The notes under the pieces were generated by a model. It did not search any database. It was not told the DNA's origin and was given only the letters and a program-made list of their open reading frames with translations. This document shows positions 32,327-42,134 of a DNA stretch of 64,000 nucleotides, in pieces; the stretch's first letter is position 1, and each line of letters opens with the position of its first letter. The stretch is from Tetramitus jugosus (taxonomy: Eukaryota; Protista; Heterolobosea), in contig OW569349.1 in assembly GCA_937625935.1 (NCBI GenBank), positions 558,001 through 622,000 of the forward strand, read 5' to 3'. The translations under genes and the position numbers were made by a program.

Positions 32327-34411
32327 TCATTGTTCGATTGTCCGCTTCATACGATCCAGAATGTGTTGCGCTCTTTCATTTTTTTCTATCTGGCTCAGTA
32401 CTTGCATCATGTGTTGCCGTTCAATGGTGTTATATCCTTTGAGAACTGGCCATGCAATGGCTATTAAGAGATCACAAACTGACAAGGCTGCATCGAGCAC
32501 TCGTGCATTCTTGGTATTCTGAAGAAAATCTTCACTGAACAATATTTTGATTATGCGTCTCATGTGCTTCAGTATACCTATGGACATGATGGGCATAAAC
32601 TCGGTCATATTGCAAAGAATCACAACTCTTTGTTCATCTGAGCGACTGTATTCTGCACAAGAGAGATATTGCTCTGCGGCCTCTTCGACAAATTCTGTGC
32701 ATGGCTTGTAAGTGAATGTCATTGGTTGTTTCCCTGTTGTCGAGGGGCTGTGATAATTGGTGTACAGTCGAAGGAACAGATTCAGAGTTTGCAGTGTCAG
32801 ATTAAACAATTCAGCATTATCTCTAAATCCTGTGCTCATTCGAAGTACTGGGAATATGTACTGGTCAAACGCAAGAATCTGCAACCGATTACACTCTGTA
32901 AACATGTGATGCAATAATTGCATCCCAATCTTTTTGTCCTCCTCTTGGTAATCGTGAGCCATCTTGAGAACCATTGGCAATAAAGTCTGCAGTATATTTC
33001 CGTTGAGATTTGGATGATGAATTTGAGGGATAACCCAATGGAGTACATGCTTTGCCCAGGGATGAGTCTTCCATTTGGGATCAAGCTCCTCTCCTGCAGA
33101 GACATACACAGGTTGAAGTGTCTTCAATATAAAATTGACAGATTTTGATAAAATCTTTTCATAATCACGATTCGACAAAGTATCCAGTATTGAGTGCGCT
33201 AATGTCTCAGTTCTCTCGCTCGAATAGTAATGGTTCTTGGAACAAAATATGCAACATATGAACAAGACCTCATTCACTACCTGACCAACGAGCTTTGTTG
33301 ATCCTTTCATACAATGATTTAATACCGACAACAAATGCTCGATTGAAGTTTTGTAAAGGGCTCTGTTCTCCTCTGTTGAATCGTGATCAGGAATAAAAGT
33401 GCCATACATGAATTGAATTAGTTTTTCAATCTCTGCATCTGGAACAACAATATCTTTGACTGCTAGTATACTCTTGTCAAACGTTTCGAGGATATCATGT
33501 TGCACCAATATGTCATTTAACGACTTTCCATCTAACCACTCCACCAGGGTACTGACCAATGGCATTATTCTATTCAATCTTGAGTAAAGAATCTCAAGAG
33601 ATGCAATCAGATAATGATCATGAATTGCTGATATTTGATTCAGACGCGTCAATACTTCAACGGCATTGCTCTGGTTGATAAGCACATGCTTTGTTGAATT
33701 CATGTCAGCTAATCGGCACAATGTTCGAATATACATGATTAATTCATGGTTGGACAATGGTAGACTGTGTTTGGAGTGATTAAACCGATCCACTACAGAT
33801 AAGCAAACATCGATCACTTGCTTTCCAATGATTGAATCACTCCATTCCCGTAAATGATCCAACTCTGAAGCCTCTTTCACTGCAAATTGTACAACATCGT
33901 CATAATTATCCTCTGTAAATGCCAACGCAATTGCAACACACTTTACAAAAACGAGATGGTGCGCTGAATTGACGTCATTGCGCATCATCAAATAACTTTG
34001 CGTAATCTTCCACGCACAATGACTCAATTCTTGTCTCACTTTTGCTTTTTCTTCATACACGCATGCATCACAAAGAATTTGAATGCACGATAGTATCGCT
34101 GAAGTCTCTCTTTGATTCATCGATGTAGTCGACTGAAATACGAACGGCACATGATGCATGATGACTCGAGTCATGCACTGGACGCACAAGTATCGAATTT
34201 GGCTATAGTTTGTTCGGAATAAGATGATAAGTTTCGGTAGGATTGAATTTGCATCAAACAACGCTAAGATACCATCTTCTTCTTGTTGTGCTTGTAATTC
34301 AATCAAATCATGCAACACACCCTCAAACAATTTATGATCAAATTCCTTGGTTCCAGGTGCATTCTCCTTGAACAACATCTCCCATGCCTTTAACACTTTC
34401 TCCACGCTCAT
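32327..34411 (-). CDS. TTI2: TELO2-interacting protein 2 (TTT complex)
   Basis: WKTHPWAKHVLHWVIPQIHHPNL...LLPMVLKMAHDYQEEDKKIGMQLLHH and IAWP match the TTI2 C-terminal region. Confidence 0.75.
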   Translation of the reverse strand: MSVEKVLKAWEMLFKENAPGTKEFDHKLFEGVLHDLIELQAQQEEDGILALFDANSILPKLIILFRTNYSQIRYLCVQCMTRVIMHHVPFVFQSTTSMNQRETSAILSCIQILCDACVYEEKAKVRQELSHCAWKITQSYLMMRNDVNSAHHLVFVKCVAIALAFTEDNYDDVVQFAVKEASELDHLREWSDSIIGKQVIDVCLSVVDRFNHSKHSLPLSNHELIMYIRTLCRLADMNSTKHVLINQSNAVEVLTRLNQISAIHDHYLIASLEILYSRLNRIMPLVSTLVEWLDGKSLNDILVQHDILETFDKSILAVKDIVVPDAEIEKLIQFMYGTFIPDHDSTEENRALYKTSIEHLLSVLNHCMKGSTKLVGQVVNEVLFICCIFCSKNHYYSSERTETLAHSILDTLSNRDYEKILSKSVNFILKTLQPVYVSAGEELDPKWKTHPWAKHVLHWVIPQIHHPNLNGNILQTLLPMVLKMAHDYQEEDKKIGMQLLHHMFTECNRLQILAFDQYIFPVLRMSTGFRDNAELFNLTLQTLNLFLRLYTNYHSPSTTGKQPMTFTYKPCTEFVEEAAEQYLSCAEYSRSDEQRVVILCNMTEFMPIMSIGILKHMRRIIKILFSEDFLQNTKNARVLDAALSVCDLLIAIAWPVLKGYNTIERQHMMQVLSQIEKNERAQHILDRMKRTIEQ

Positions 34412-34431
34412 CCTTGTTTTTATTATGATTC

Positions 34432-36237
34432 CTATTTCTTCTTCTTGTTTGTTGTTGTTTTTTCGTTCAAGTGAAAAGTGGATTTCAGTTGCTGTGTTGC
34501 GGAGATCAAATTCCAGTGATCACAAACGAAATCATGCACGTGAGAGCGATCCTTGTACAATCGATAGTCCAATAGTTGTAAGATCCATACTTCATGCGAA
34601 TTCAACGCTTTTAATGACCTTTCAAATGACAATGATCTAGTATTTGAAGTTGAAGAAGAAGAATTGATTCTTGGAACACTCTCAAGTGAGGTGTCTCTCC
34701 ATTTTTGACACTGTTTCAACTCAAATAGGGGCATCAATTGACACCACTCCTCATTCTGCATGTACTCGTCTTCATTAAACTTTGCACTTAACATTAAACA
34801 TGCACAAAAGATGGAAATGAAATTGTTAATGTGAAAAAACTGGTTGTTGTGTTGTTCATGATGTTCATAATGATGTTGATGTTGTTGTTTTCTTGTTAAT
34901 GAAAAGAAGGCATCATGAATGTGCATACATGCAATGAGAAAGCAACGATCATCGACACTCGTGTTCTCCGATAGAAACGAGATGACATTTTGGATAAACT
35001 CAAGTAGAAAATCGTCTTCTTTTGTTGTTGTAGTTCTAGTTGAAGTGGTTGTTAGTTGATATTGTTGTTGAGTCGCTGTCAAACTGGGTTCCATTGTTCT
35101 TCTAGCTAACAATAGGTTGTTCTTGTCATCATTGGTAGTGGGAGTTGTAGTTAATACATGATGGAGATAGTGAACACAAAAGGGAAGAATGGCAACTGTT
35201 TCACTCCTAGTCGTTGTTGATGATGATGATGATGATATAGTTCTTCTATTACTGTTATTGTTGTTATTGCTGTTGTTTGGCTCTGGCAGATAATAAATTT
35301 TAAAGTAATGAGTGCTGCTCGAGATGTCAACAAACGATACTTGGTTACGACCGTTCAACAATTGCTGTGTGTCACCGTGGGATGTATCTTGTTCTTTCTC
35401 ATGACTGTTGCTGTCATAGTAGTTGAAAGAGGATCGATAGAGCACTAGATCATCATCAGCATCATCGTACTTGCATTCTCCATACAATTCTTCTTCTTCA
35501 AGATTCACTTTTTGGTTAATGTAGTGTTCATTATTTTCTTTAATGGGAGATTGAATACAATCAATGAGAAACAGATCATCAATATCATCATTTACAATCT
35601 TACTAAATAAACCACTATCATTACTACTACTTCTATTACTACTACTACTATTATAGCTACTGCGAGTTGTTGTTAAGCTACTCCTGTAATCATCATCCGT
35701 CGAGTGACTACCACTACTACTGATGGATGACACACCAAAAGAGGAGTGAAGATTGTTGTTTTGTATTGATTTGAGTGAGAGTAGTGATGATGAAGTTTCA
35801 TTCACCACTTGCTGTTGTTGTTGTTGTTGTTGTTGTCGTTTTTGGTGATGATAATGACCTGTAGTAGTAGCAGTTGCAGAAATGGAGGATTGAGAGGTAG
35901 GAGGTGAATAATGATGATGACGAGATGGTATTCTAGGTGAATATCGTATCCATTTTTTGTATACACTATGATTGTTGTTCTTATTCTTGTTATGATTCTG
36001 ATGATGATGACTATTGTATCGAGGTGGTAATTTTGCTCGTGAGTGAGTTTCACCTTGATTGGACGACAACTGAACATGTTGTTCAACAGTTGTAGTTTGA
36101 GGAACTTGGGAAGAATTGGATAGTTTATTGTTGAAATGAGCCAATGTGTCTCTCACATGAGGTTGCTGATAGGGATGATGATGGTGTATGCTTGTTGGAT
36201 GAACACTTCGACCGTTTTTGGACATGTTAAGATTCAT
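34432..36237 (-). CDS. PHO80/Pcl-type cyclin with long low-complexity N-terminus
   Basis: FLIACMHI...NFISIFCACLMLSAKFNEDEYMQNEEWC...LNSHEVWILQLLDYRL. Confidence 0.8.
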   Translation of the reverse strand: MNLNMSKNGRSVHPTSIHHHHPYQQPHVRDTLAHFNNKLSNSSQVPQTTTVEQHVQLSSNQGETHSRAKLPPRYNSHHHQNHNKNKNNNHSVYKKWIRYSPRIPSRHHHYSPPTSQSSISATATTTGHYHHQKRQQQQQQQQQVVNETSSSLLSLKSIQNNNLHSSFGVSSISSSGSHSTDDDYRSSLTTTRSSYNSSSSNRSSSNDSGLFSKIVNDDIDDLFLIDCIQSPIKENNEHYINQKVNLEEEELYGECKYDDADDDLVLYRSSFNYYDSNSHEKEQDTSHGDTQQLLNGRNQVSFVDISSSTHYFKIYYLPEPNNSNNNNNSNRRTISSSSSSTTTRSETVAILPFCVHYLHHVLTTTPTTNDDKNNLLLARRTMEPSLTATQQQYQLTTTSTRTTTTKEDDFLLEFIQNVISFLSENTSVDDRCFLIACMHIHDAFFSLTRKQQHQHHYEHHEQHNNQFFHINNFISIFCACLMLSAKFNEDEYMQNEEWCQLMPLFELKQCQKWRDTSLESVPRINSSSSTSNTRSLSFERSLKALNSHEVWILQLLDYRLYKDRSHVHDFVCDHWNLISATQQLKSTFHLNEKTTTNKKKK

Positions 36238-36375
36238 TTATTTATTGTTTTGCACAACAAACTGTAGCTTTCGTTGTGTATTGGGTTTTGTATGGTACAA
36301 AGTGTTGTTGGTTGTTGTTGATGATTATTGTATTGAGCTTTTTCGCGTCAAGAAAACTCAATTCTGTAGTGACAC

Positions 36376-36410
36376 GACAGCGCTGTCAATCTTGTTTTTG
36401 GCGCCAAAAA
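36376..36410. promoter_or_regulatory. Two palindromes upstream of the cyclin gene, including E2F-like TTTTTGGCGCCAAAAA
   Basis: GACAGCGCTGTC (36376-36387) and TTTTTGGCGCCAAAAA (36395-36410) are perfect palindromes; function is inferred. Confidence 0.4.
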
Positions 36411-36454
36411 ATTCACCTACAATCACAATTCTGAATGATGCGAAAGGATCAATG

Positions 36455-37114
36455 TTAATGAGAAACATAGCGCAAGAATTCTTCCAGATTAATCATTGAA
36501 TCACCATCGACATCAGCCTCATGGATCATTTTTTGAACATCCTGATCAGAGAGCTGCATACCAAGAGCACTTGTCATTTGCTTGAGCTCACTACCCGTGA
36601 TAAATCCATCACCATCCCTATCAAACACTGAAAAAATGTTTTGAATTTCTTCTGGACTGATTGGAATTGTGTTTGATGACACAATCTTTGCTTTCATTAT
36701 GGTTACAAATTGTGAAAATGTAATATTGTTGTTGTTGTTGTTTCTCACATGTTGTTTACTCATTGCTGTTGTTGTTGTTGTGTAGCTACCGTCCTCTGAT
36801 GATGACATTGTTGAAGCTTGACTGTTATTGTCGTCATTGGCATGTTGCATCAGAGCCTGTAATTCTTCCAGCGAAGGATACAGTCCGACAGAGTCCAACA
36901 CGGATTGAAAATCCTCCAGAGAAATCATGCCGTCTCTGTTCCGATCAAAAATGTTGAATAATTCTCTCAATTCGGTCATGAAGCAATCATTGCTGTCATT
37001 CATTCCGGTGTTGTTGTTATTGTGATGATGGTCATTGGTGTTTCGGAGGTTGTTATCATTGTCAAATGAAGACAAATTCAAGATGACAGTATTTTGGTGT
37101 TGTGGGTCGGACAT
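36455..37114 (-). CDS. Calmodulin-like EF-hand protein
   Basis: EF loops DRNRDGMISLEDF, DRDGDGFITGSEL and DVDGDSMINLEEF; the second loop is disrupted by an insertion. First ATG at 37114. Confidence 0.85.
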   Translation of the reverse strand: MSDPQHQNTVILNLSSFDNDNNLRNTNDHHHNNNNTGMNDSNDCFMTELRELFNIFDRNRDGMISLEDFQSVLDSVGLYPSLEELQALMQHANDDNNSQASTMSSSEDGSYTTTTTAMSKQHVRNNNNNNITFSQFVTIMKAKIVSSNTIPISPEEIQNIFSVFDRDGDGFITGSELKQMTSALGMQLSDQDVQKMIHEADVDGDSMINLEEFLRYVSH

Positions 37115-37641
37115 GGTGAATTTGGTTTGAACTTTGCTTGTTGTCCTTTTTCTGACATTAGTTTTTCCCGTCAAACCAGAGCGTACGACAGATAATGATT
37201 CTTCAGCAGATTCACAACTTGAGGGTTTCTTCTTCAGAAACTTGGAATCCCATTTGAATACTTTACTACAATTCTCCAGTCACCTAAGAACATTGTTTGA
37301 GTTGAAGCTACACTCAACTCTTCCACTTGACCTAGAGTAAGCTGCGGTCTTGTGAGTTTTATCCAGATGGATTTTGACCATATTTAAGTTTTTATTCAAA
37401 AAAGGAAGAGTGGAGATGACTATCGCGACACCAAGAGGCGTTTCGTATCGAAATCCATCAATATTCGTCATCCTGCCCACCCCTTATTTTTATCATGCCA
37501 TCACCACATGGGTCAGTCGAAGACTTAAAAGCAGACCTTGGCAAAGGATAAGGCAAAACAACAACACCACAACAAACCCAAAACACCACACCTAAAATAA
37601 CTACTCTTCCAGCAGCTTGGCTTTCTCTCATTATTTAAAAG

Positions 37642-38916
37642 ATGAATTTCGTATCTGGTATCTCTAGACTTTCGATGATAGTCGTGGTCTTCTTGGTCAT
37701 GACCATCATGCAACACCAATCTCTGGCACAAACAACTCTTCCTTCAGTTGAGAGTTTAACCTTTTCTGAAAAGAACTTTGTGGCTGATAATTTGGTCCAG
37801 ATCCCAAAGGCTCGTCAATTGGCACTCACATCAGACAACTCTGTCCTTTTCGTCGGTACTTCCTCAGACAAAGTGTATGGAGTTCAACTTTCCAAGGACC
37901 ATCTAGGAAAGTACAATCAAAAGGCAGGAACTAGTCCTGTGCTTGTTGCTTCTGGTCTCGATACTTCTGCTGGAGTCGCAGTCGATGACTCTACCGGCAA
38001 CTTGTACGTCGGATGTAACGACGGTATCTATCGTATACCTTATGCTGTCACATCTGTGAAATATGCATCATCATTCGCCACTAAATCCAAGATCTTGAGC
38101 TTGACACCTCAGACCCAAATGAACAGAAGAGTTCTCATGATCAAGGGCGATCGTTTGTTCGTAACCATTGGATCCGCTTGTGATTCCTGCAATGTCACTG
38201 ATCCACTCGGCACCATCAGCAGTTTCAAGTACAACACTGATGACAGTACTCTACAAGATTTCAAGGTCGAAGCAAGAGGTATCAGAAACTCAGTTGGTAT
38301 GGACTTCCATCCCGTGACTGGTGAACTGTGGTTCACTGATAACGGCAGAGATATTGTCAATAGTGATAGACCATATGATGAGTTGAATCGATTGCCAGCT
38401 TCTGCAACTAACATCAACTTTGGTTTTCCATTGTGCTTCGAGAAGGACTTTGCAGATCCAGCCACCAATCTCAAGGGTGACTGCAAGGAATATGTTGGAG
38501 CTGAAAATGTTCTTGGATCCCATGTTGCTGCACTTGGAATGACCTTTGTTCGTGGTACCAATTTCCCTGAATCATACAGATCCAAGCCTATGATCCTCAT
38601 TGCAGAGCGAGGAAGCATCAAAGTGAACCCTCCATCTGGTTACAGGATATCCATGATCGATCCAACGGACTCCTCCTCTGCTTCATATAAGACCTTTGCC
38701 ACAGGTTTCTTCAACCAAACTGCCTGGGGAAGACCTGTAGATGTCATTAACATGGCTGATGGAAGTGTTCTCGTTTCGGACGACTTTGCTGGTGCAGTGT
38801 ACAGAATGTCCTACTTTAATCCAGAGAAGCCATCCGCAGCTGCTCAATCCTTCACTTTTGGCATCACTATGTTGCTCTGTATGTTGATGTTCACTATTCA
38901 ACAACTCCTATTGTAA
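37642..38916 (+). CDS. PQQ-dependent glucose/sorbosone dehydrogenase-family beta-propeller, secreted and probably GPI-anchored
   Basis: Signal peptide; IGSACDSCN, ARGIRNSVGMDFHPVTGELWFTDNGRD, HVAALGMTF, GRPVDV...DGSVLVSDD; hydrophobic C-terminal tail. Confidence 0.85.
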   Translation: MNFVSGISRLSMIVVVFLVMTIMQHQSLAQTTLPSVESLTFSEKNFVADNLVQIPKARQLALTSDNSVLFVGTSSDKVYGVQLSKDHLGKYNQKAGTSPVLVASGLDTSAGVAVDDSTGNLYVGCNDGIYRIPYAVTSVKYASSFATKSKILSLTPQTQMNRRVLMIKGDRLFVTIGSACDSCNVTDPLGTISSFKYNTDDSTLQDFKVEARGIRNSVGMDFHPVTGELWFTDNGRDIVNSDRPYDELNRLPASATNINFGFPLCFEKDFADPATNLKGDCKEYVGAENVLGSHVAALGMTFVRGTNFPESYRSKPMILIAERGSIKVNPPSGYRISMIDPTDSSSASYKTFATGFFNQTAWGRPVDVINMADGSVLVSDDFAGAVYRMSYFNPEKPSAAAQSFTFGITMLLCMLMFTIQQLLL

Positions 38917-39009
38917 ATTGAGGATATGGAGATGATTTAAATCTCCACTTATTCCCCAGAACTTTGTAAAATATAAAGGAGTGTATTCGATTTTACTGCA
39001 TATTTATAT

Positions 39010-39558
39010 TCATATAAAATCTTCTGAAAGTCCCACAACAGGCCTCACGAATTCATAGGTCAAGAACCATCCTCCAAAATAGAGGGCACTGAATAGTCGA
39101 TGGCGTGCCAGCATTCCAGTTGATAGTGAGGATCGGTCCACTGATCCCTCTACATATCGGGCATTGCCACGATACAATTCGGTCAAAAGTACCCTTGCTT
39201 CCTCTGTATGATTCTTATTAAAGTGCCTAAGGACAGTCATTGAAGTATCTTGCATAGATCTTCCGCCCACAATTCCTCCGCTTATCGCTCCTGCAAACAT
39301 GGATTGTAACAGCAGTGACAATCTGTCATTCTTATTTCTGAAAAGATAGGGTTTTAATACCCAATGCCGAGTGACTGTATACAGGGGAAACAAACGACCG
39401 TAGACCCATGCATTATTGCAACAATGAAAAAAGAGAACGAGGCCAATTTCTCGAGGAGATTTGATTTGATTCAAGTAACATTGACTCCACGTATGAAACG
39501 GTGAAACAACGGACAGAGAGAAACAGATACCAGAGAGACTTGATCTTGCCACATCCAT
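39010..39558 (-). CDS. Short divergent mitochondrial-carrier-like membrane protein
   Basis: VVSPFHT, SMFAGAISGGI, LYRG and R...FSALYFG..LTYEFVR resemble about two SLC25 repeats. Confidence 0.4.
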   Translation of the reverse strand: MDVARSSLSGICFSLSVVSPFHTWSQCYLNQIKSPREIGLVLFFHCCNNAWVYGRLFPLYTVTRHWVLKPYLFRNKNDRLSLLLQSMFAGAISGGIVGGRSMQDTSMTVLRHFNKNHTEEARVLLTELYRGNARYVEGSVDRSSLSTGMLARHRLFSALYFGGWFLTYEFVRPVVGLSEDFI

Positions 39559-39723
39559 TTTCTTCTTGGAAATGCTTTTTCAGGATGGACTGCGCAAATG
39601 GGAAGTGTTGTTCTGAATCAGGAACAAGCAATCGGCAATTCTCGAATAAATTTTTGTTCGCAATTACGATTTTGTCGTTCGGGTTGTTAAACTTTGACTT
39701 ACCCAAAACCAACGCACCATAAC

Positions 39724-41066
39724 ATGTTAAAGCATCAAAGAGAGTTGAATGTTTTCGGTGCGGGAGAACACAAGTTCCATCAAACTGGATTCAATCGCTC
39801 CTACCATGCAAAGCAGGCCCCACGAGTGAGTACTTCTTACATGAAAACCAAATCCAGAAGTTTGGTCGAGTGGTACAATATGGCTATGTTGGAATCGATT
39901 TTAAATCGGAAGAAGAACTGTTTGCACCGGGTGAATACGTGGTCAATGTGTCTTGTGGTGAGAGATGTTCACTCTTTGTGACCAATCATAGGCGAGTGTT
40001 TTGTTGTGGAGATAACACAGAGGGTAGTTGTGGAATGCCAAAATCAATCTCTGTTGTGAGACAGATTACATTGATACCAGAGTTGACTAATTGTAACATT
40101 GTTGAGGTTAAGTGTGGAAAAGATCACACTTTTTTCATCAGTGAAGGATATGGGTGTGTGTACGCTGCAGGAAGCAGCTCGAATGGTGAGTGTGGATTCC
40201 TCGCCACTCAATCAAAGATCTTTGGTGTGGAAAACTTGGAACATATCGAAGGCAAGAAGTTGAAGCTTGTGGCACCGGGATCGCACCACACAGTATTCGT
40301 AACAGATGATAACTGCGTTTATTCTTCTGGATATTGTGAATTTGGAAGTCTGGGTCAAGGATACTCCAGTAAAGGGAGTTTAACTCCTCGAAGAGTGAAT
40401 CATCCAGACCTAGGTGGATTTTTGGCCATCAAGACTGTGGTTTGTGGCCAATGTCATTCAATTGTCGTCACAGAGAATGGATCAGCTTACTCGTGGGGTG
40501 ACAACTATCAAGGCCAATGCGGTTCCACTTCTCTCAGCGATGAAGAAATATTAAGCCCCGCTTTGGTGAGAAGTCTTCCTCTTGGAGAAAAAGTTGTCGA
40601 TGCAAGATGCGGTCTTACTTTCACAGTGTTTCGAACTGAGTCAAACAAATTTTATGGCTGTGGAGGAAATGCGTATGGTGTGTTTGGCGTTCCTATTGTT
40701 TCTCTTTATCAAGAGCTACTTGTGACAGAGATTCCTTTATCGATTGGAAATGTGTTTGATTTCTGTTGTGGATCAACTTTTGTTGTGTTCACTACAGAGG
40801 AGGGACGTGTTTATATTGGAGGTGAGTCATATTATTGTGGTTTGAGTAAAGATTCATCTCAAGACGGTAAGTTGATGGAGGTTAGTTTGCCAGGTCCTTC
40901 TCAGAGCATGTTCCGAATTGCCTGCGGTCAAGCAGGTCTTCACACTCTATTGTATGGTGTCTTGAAGTCTCGTTGTCACTTTTCAAGCAAGTTGTTTGCT
41001 ACTCAGCAAAAAGGCCTTCTTTGTGATATCGCTATCTTTGTGGATGACGATGATGACTTCTTGTGA
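39724..41066 (+). CDS. RCC1/BLIP-II repeat protein, exons 39724-39825 and 39858-41066
   Basis: Repeats VSCGERCSLF, VKCGKDHTFF, VVCGQCHSIV..WGDNYQGQCG. A 32-nt intron at 39826-39857 (GTGAGT...CCAG) restores the frame. Confidence 0.85.
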
Positions 41067-41069
41067 ATC

Positions 41070-42013
41070 TTTTTTTAATACAATCGCAACTGAATTCTCC
41101 TGTTCACAGTCTCTAGCTCTCGTACTACGAATTAGAGAGTGAAGCACCCTCCCACTCACTACATCATCCACATGACTGGCGGTCGATTGATCGATTTCAT
41201 CCGCAACCACTAGTGTATATAAAGTAACTCTTTACCCAACTAACAAAGCTTCGTGCCTTGCGATGGGCTAGTTCTAACTTCATCCCATTCTTCACCAATG
41301 CATCCATAACTTCGTCAAGAGCTTCACTCTCAATGCCCATCATTCCCGAGAGGTACTCCCGACTGGTCTTCCGGGATCTCGGGAAGAGTACCCCGTTTCT
41401 GAACACCACCTTGTCAAACCACAAATTCACAGTTGACCCTCGATGCAATGGGAGTCTGAGCAGTTTGTTATAAACTTCCAACACAAGTTTTCGACGAGCA
41501 TCGATTGCACACTTGCACCTGATCAGACAGTGAATGATGGTTTCAGACTCAGTACCGCACCTTGGACACTGATACGGTTTGTCACCATCATACAAATCGT
41601 TACACACTGCTCTAGTATGTAATGTGCCGCTTCTGATCTGTGCATGGAACCATTCCAATTGACGATCTATCACAAAGGGGTTCTTGAGAAACTCGAATTG
41701 GTTCTTGTGCTCCATTGCGGCAGATTGCAACCACCACTCTGGATATTGATCAATTGTGGCCTTTCGTTCCCTGAAGAGCATTTCTTTAAGGTCATCTCGA
41801 CCTCTGGCATATTGTCCATTACATCGGATTATTTGCATAAACCCCTTTGAGGGATGTAAATCCTTACTCATACATTCTGGCATTGCCTTGACAGTGAGTA
41901 TCAACTCCTGATAAGTCTTTAGGCCGAATCCTCTGCCAATCTCAGTTTTTAGTGCCTCGAAACTTCTAACTTCGCCATCACGGCCTCCAATTTGCACCTA
42001 TTTCAGATATTCC
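41070..42013 (-). mobile_element. 5'-truncated non-LTR (L1/TRE-like) retrotransposon, 3' part of ORF2 with zf-RVT
   Basis: IRSGTLHTRAV...CPRCGTESETIIHCLIRC is a CCHC zf-RVT finger. A frameshifted tail (WLRMK...) and short 3' UTR end in A7 on the minus strand (T-run 41070-41076). No RT or endonuclease remains; no clear TSD. Confidence 0.78.
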
Positions 42014-42026
42014 CTAACATTGTGGA

Positions 42027-42099
42027 GGGGGCGTGGCTCAGTTGGTAGAGCGCTTCCTTAGCATGGAAGAGGTCCTGGGTTCGATTCCCGGCGCCTCCA
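42027..42099 (+). tRNA. tRNA-Ala (anticodon AGC)
   Basis: Cloverleaf GGGGGCG-TG-GCTC..GAGC-G-CTTCC-TTAGCAT-GGAAG-AGGTC-CTGGG-TTCGATT-CCCGG-CGCCTCC-A, G3:U70 alanine identity pair, TTTT terminator at 42102-42105. Confidence 0.97.
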
Positions 42100-42134
42100 C
42101 ATTTTCTGCAACTTTTTGCCAGATTGAAGAAAAC

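Noticed and set aside
37115-37480. TGA readthrough/selenocysteine joining ORF 37280..37480 in frame to the calmodulin-like gene
   Set aside because: The upstream peptide resembles nothing recognisable, no SECIS is evident, and ATG 37114 has a typical leader.
41055-42026. Target-site duplication around the retroelement (ttgtg on both sides)
   Set aside because: Only 5 bp and not flush with the junctions.
42033-42134. N-terminal extension MAQLVERFLSMEEVLGSIPGAS of the glycosyltransferase ORF
   Set aside because: It is the translation of the tRNA-Ala gene from a GTG; the real start is ATG 42135.
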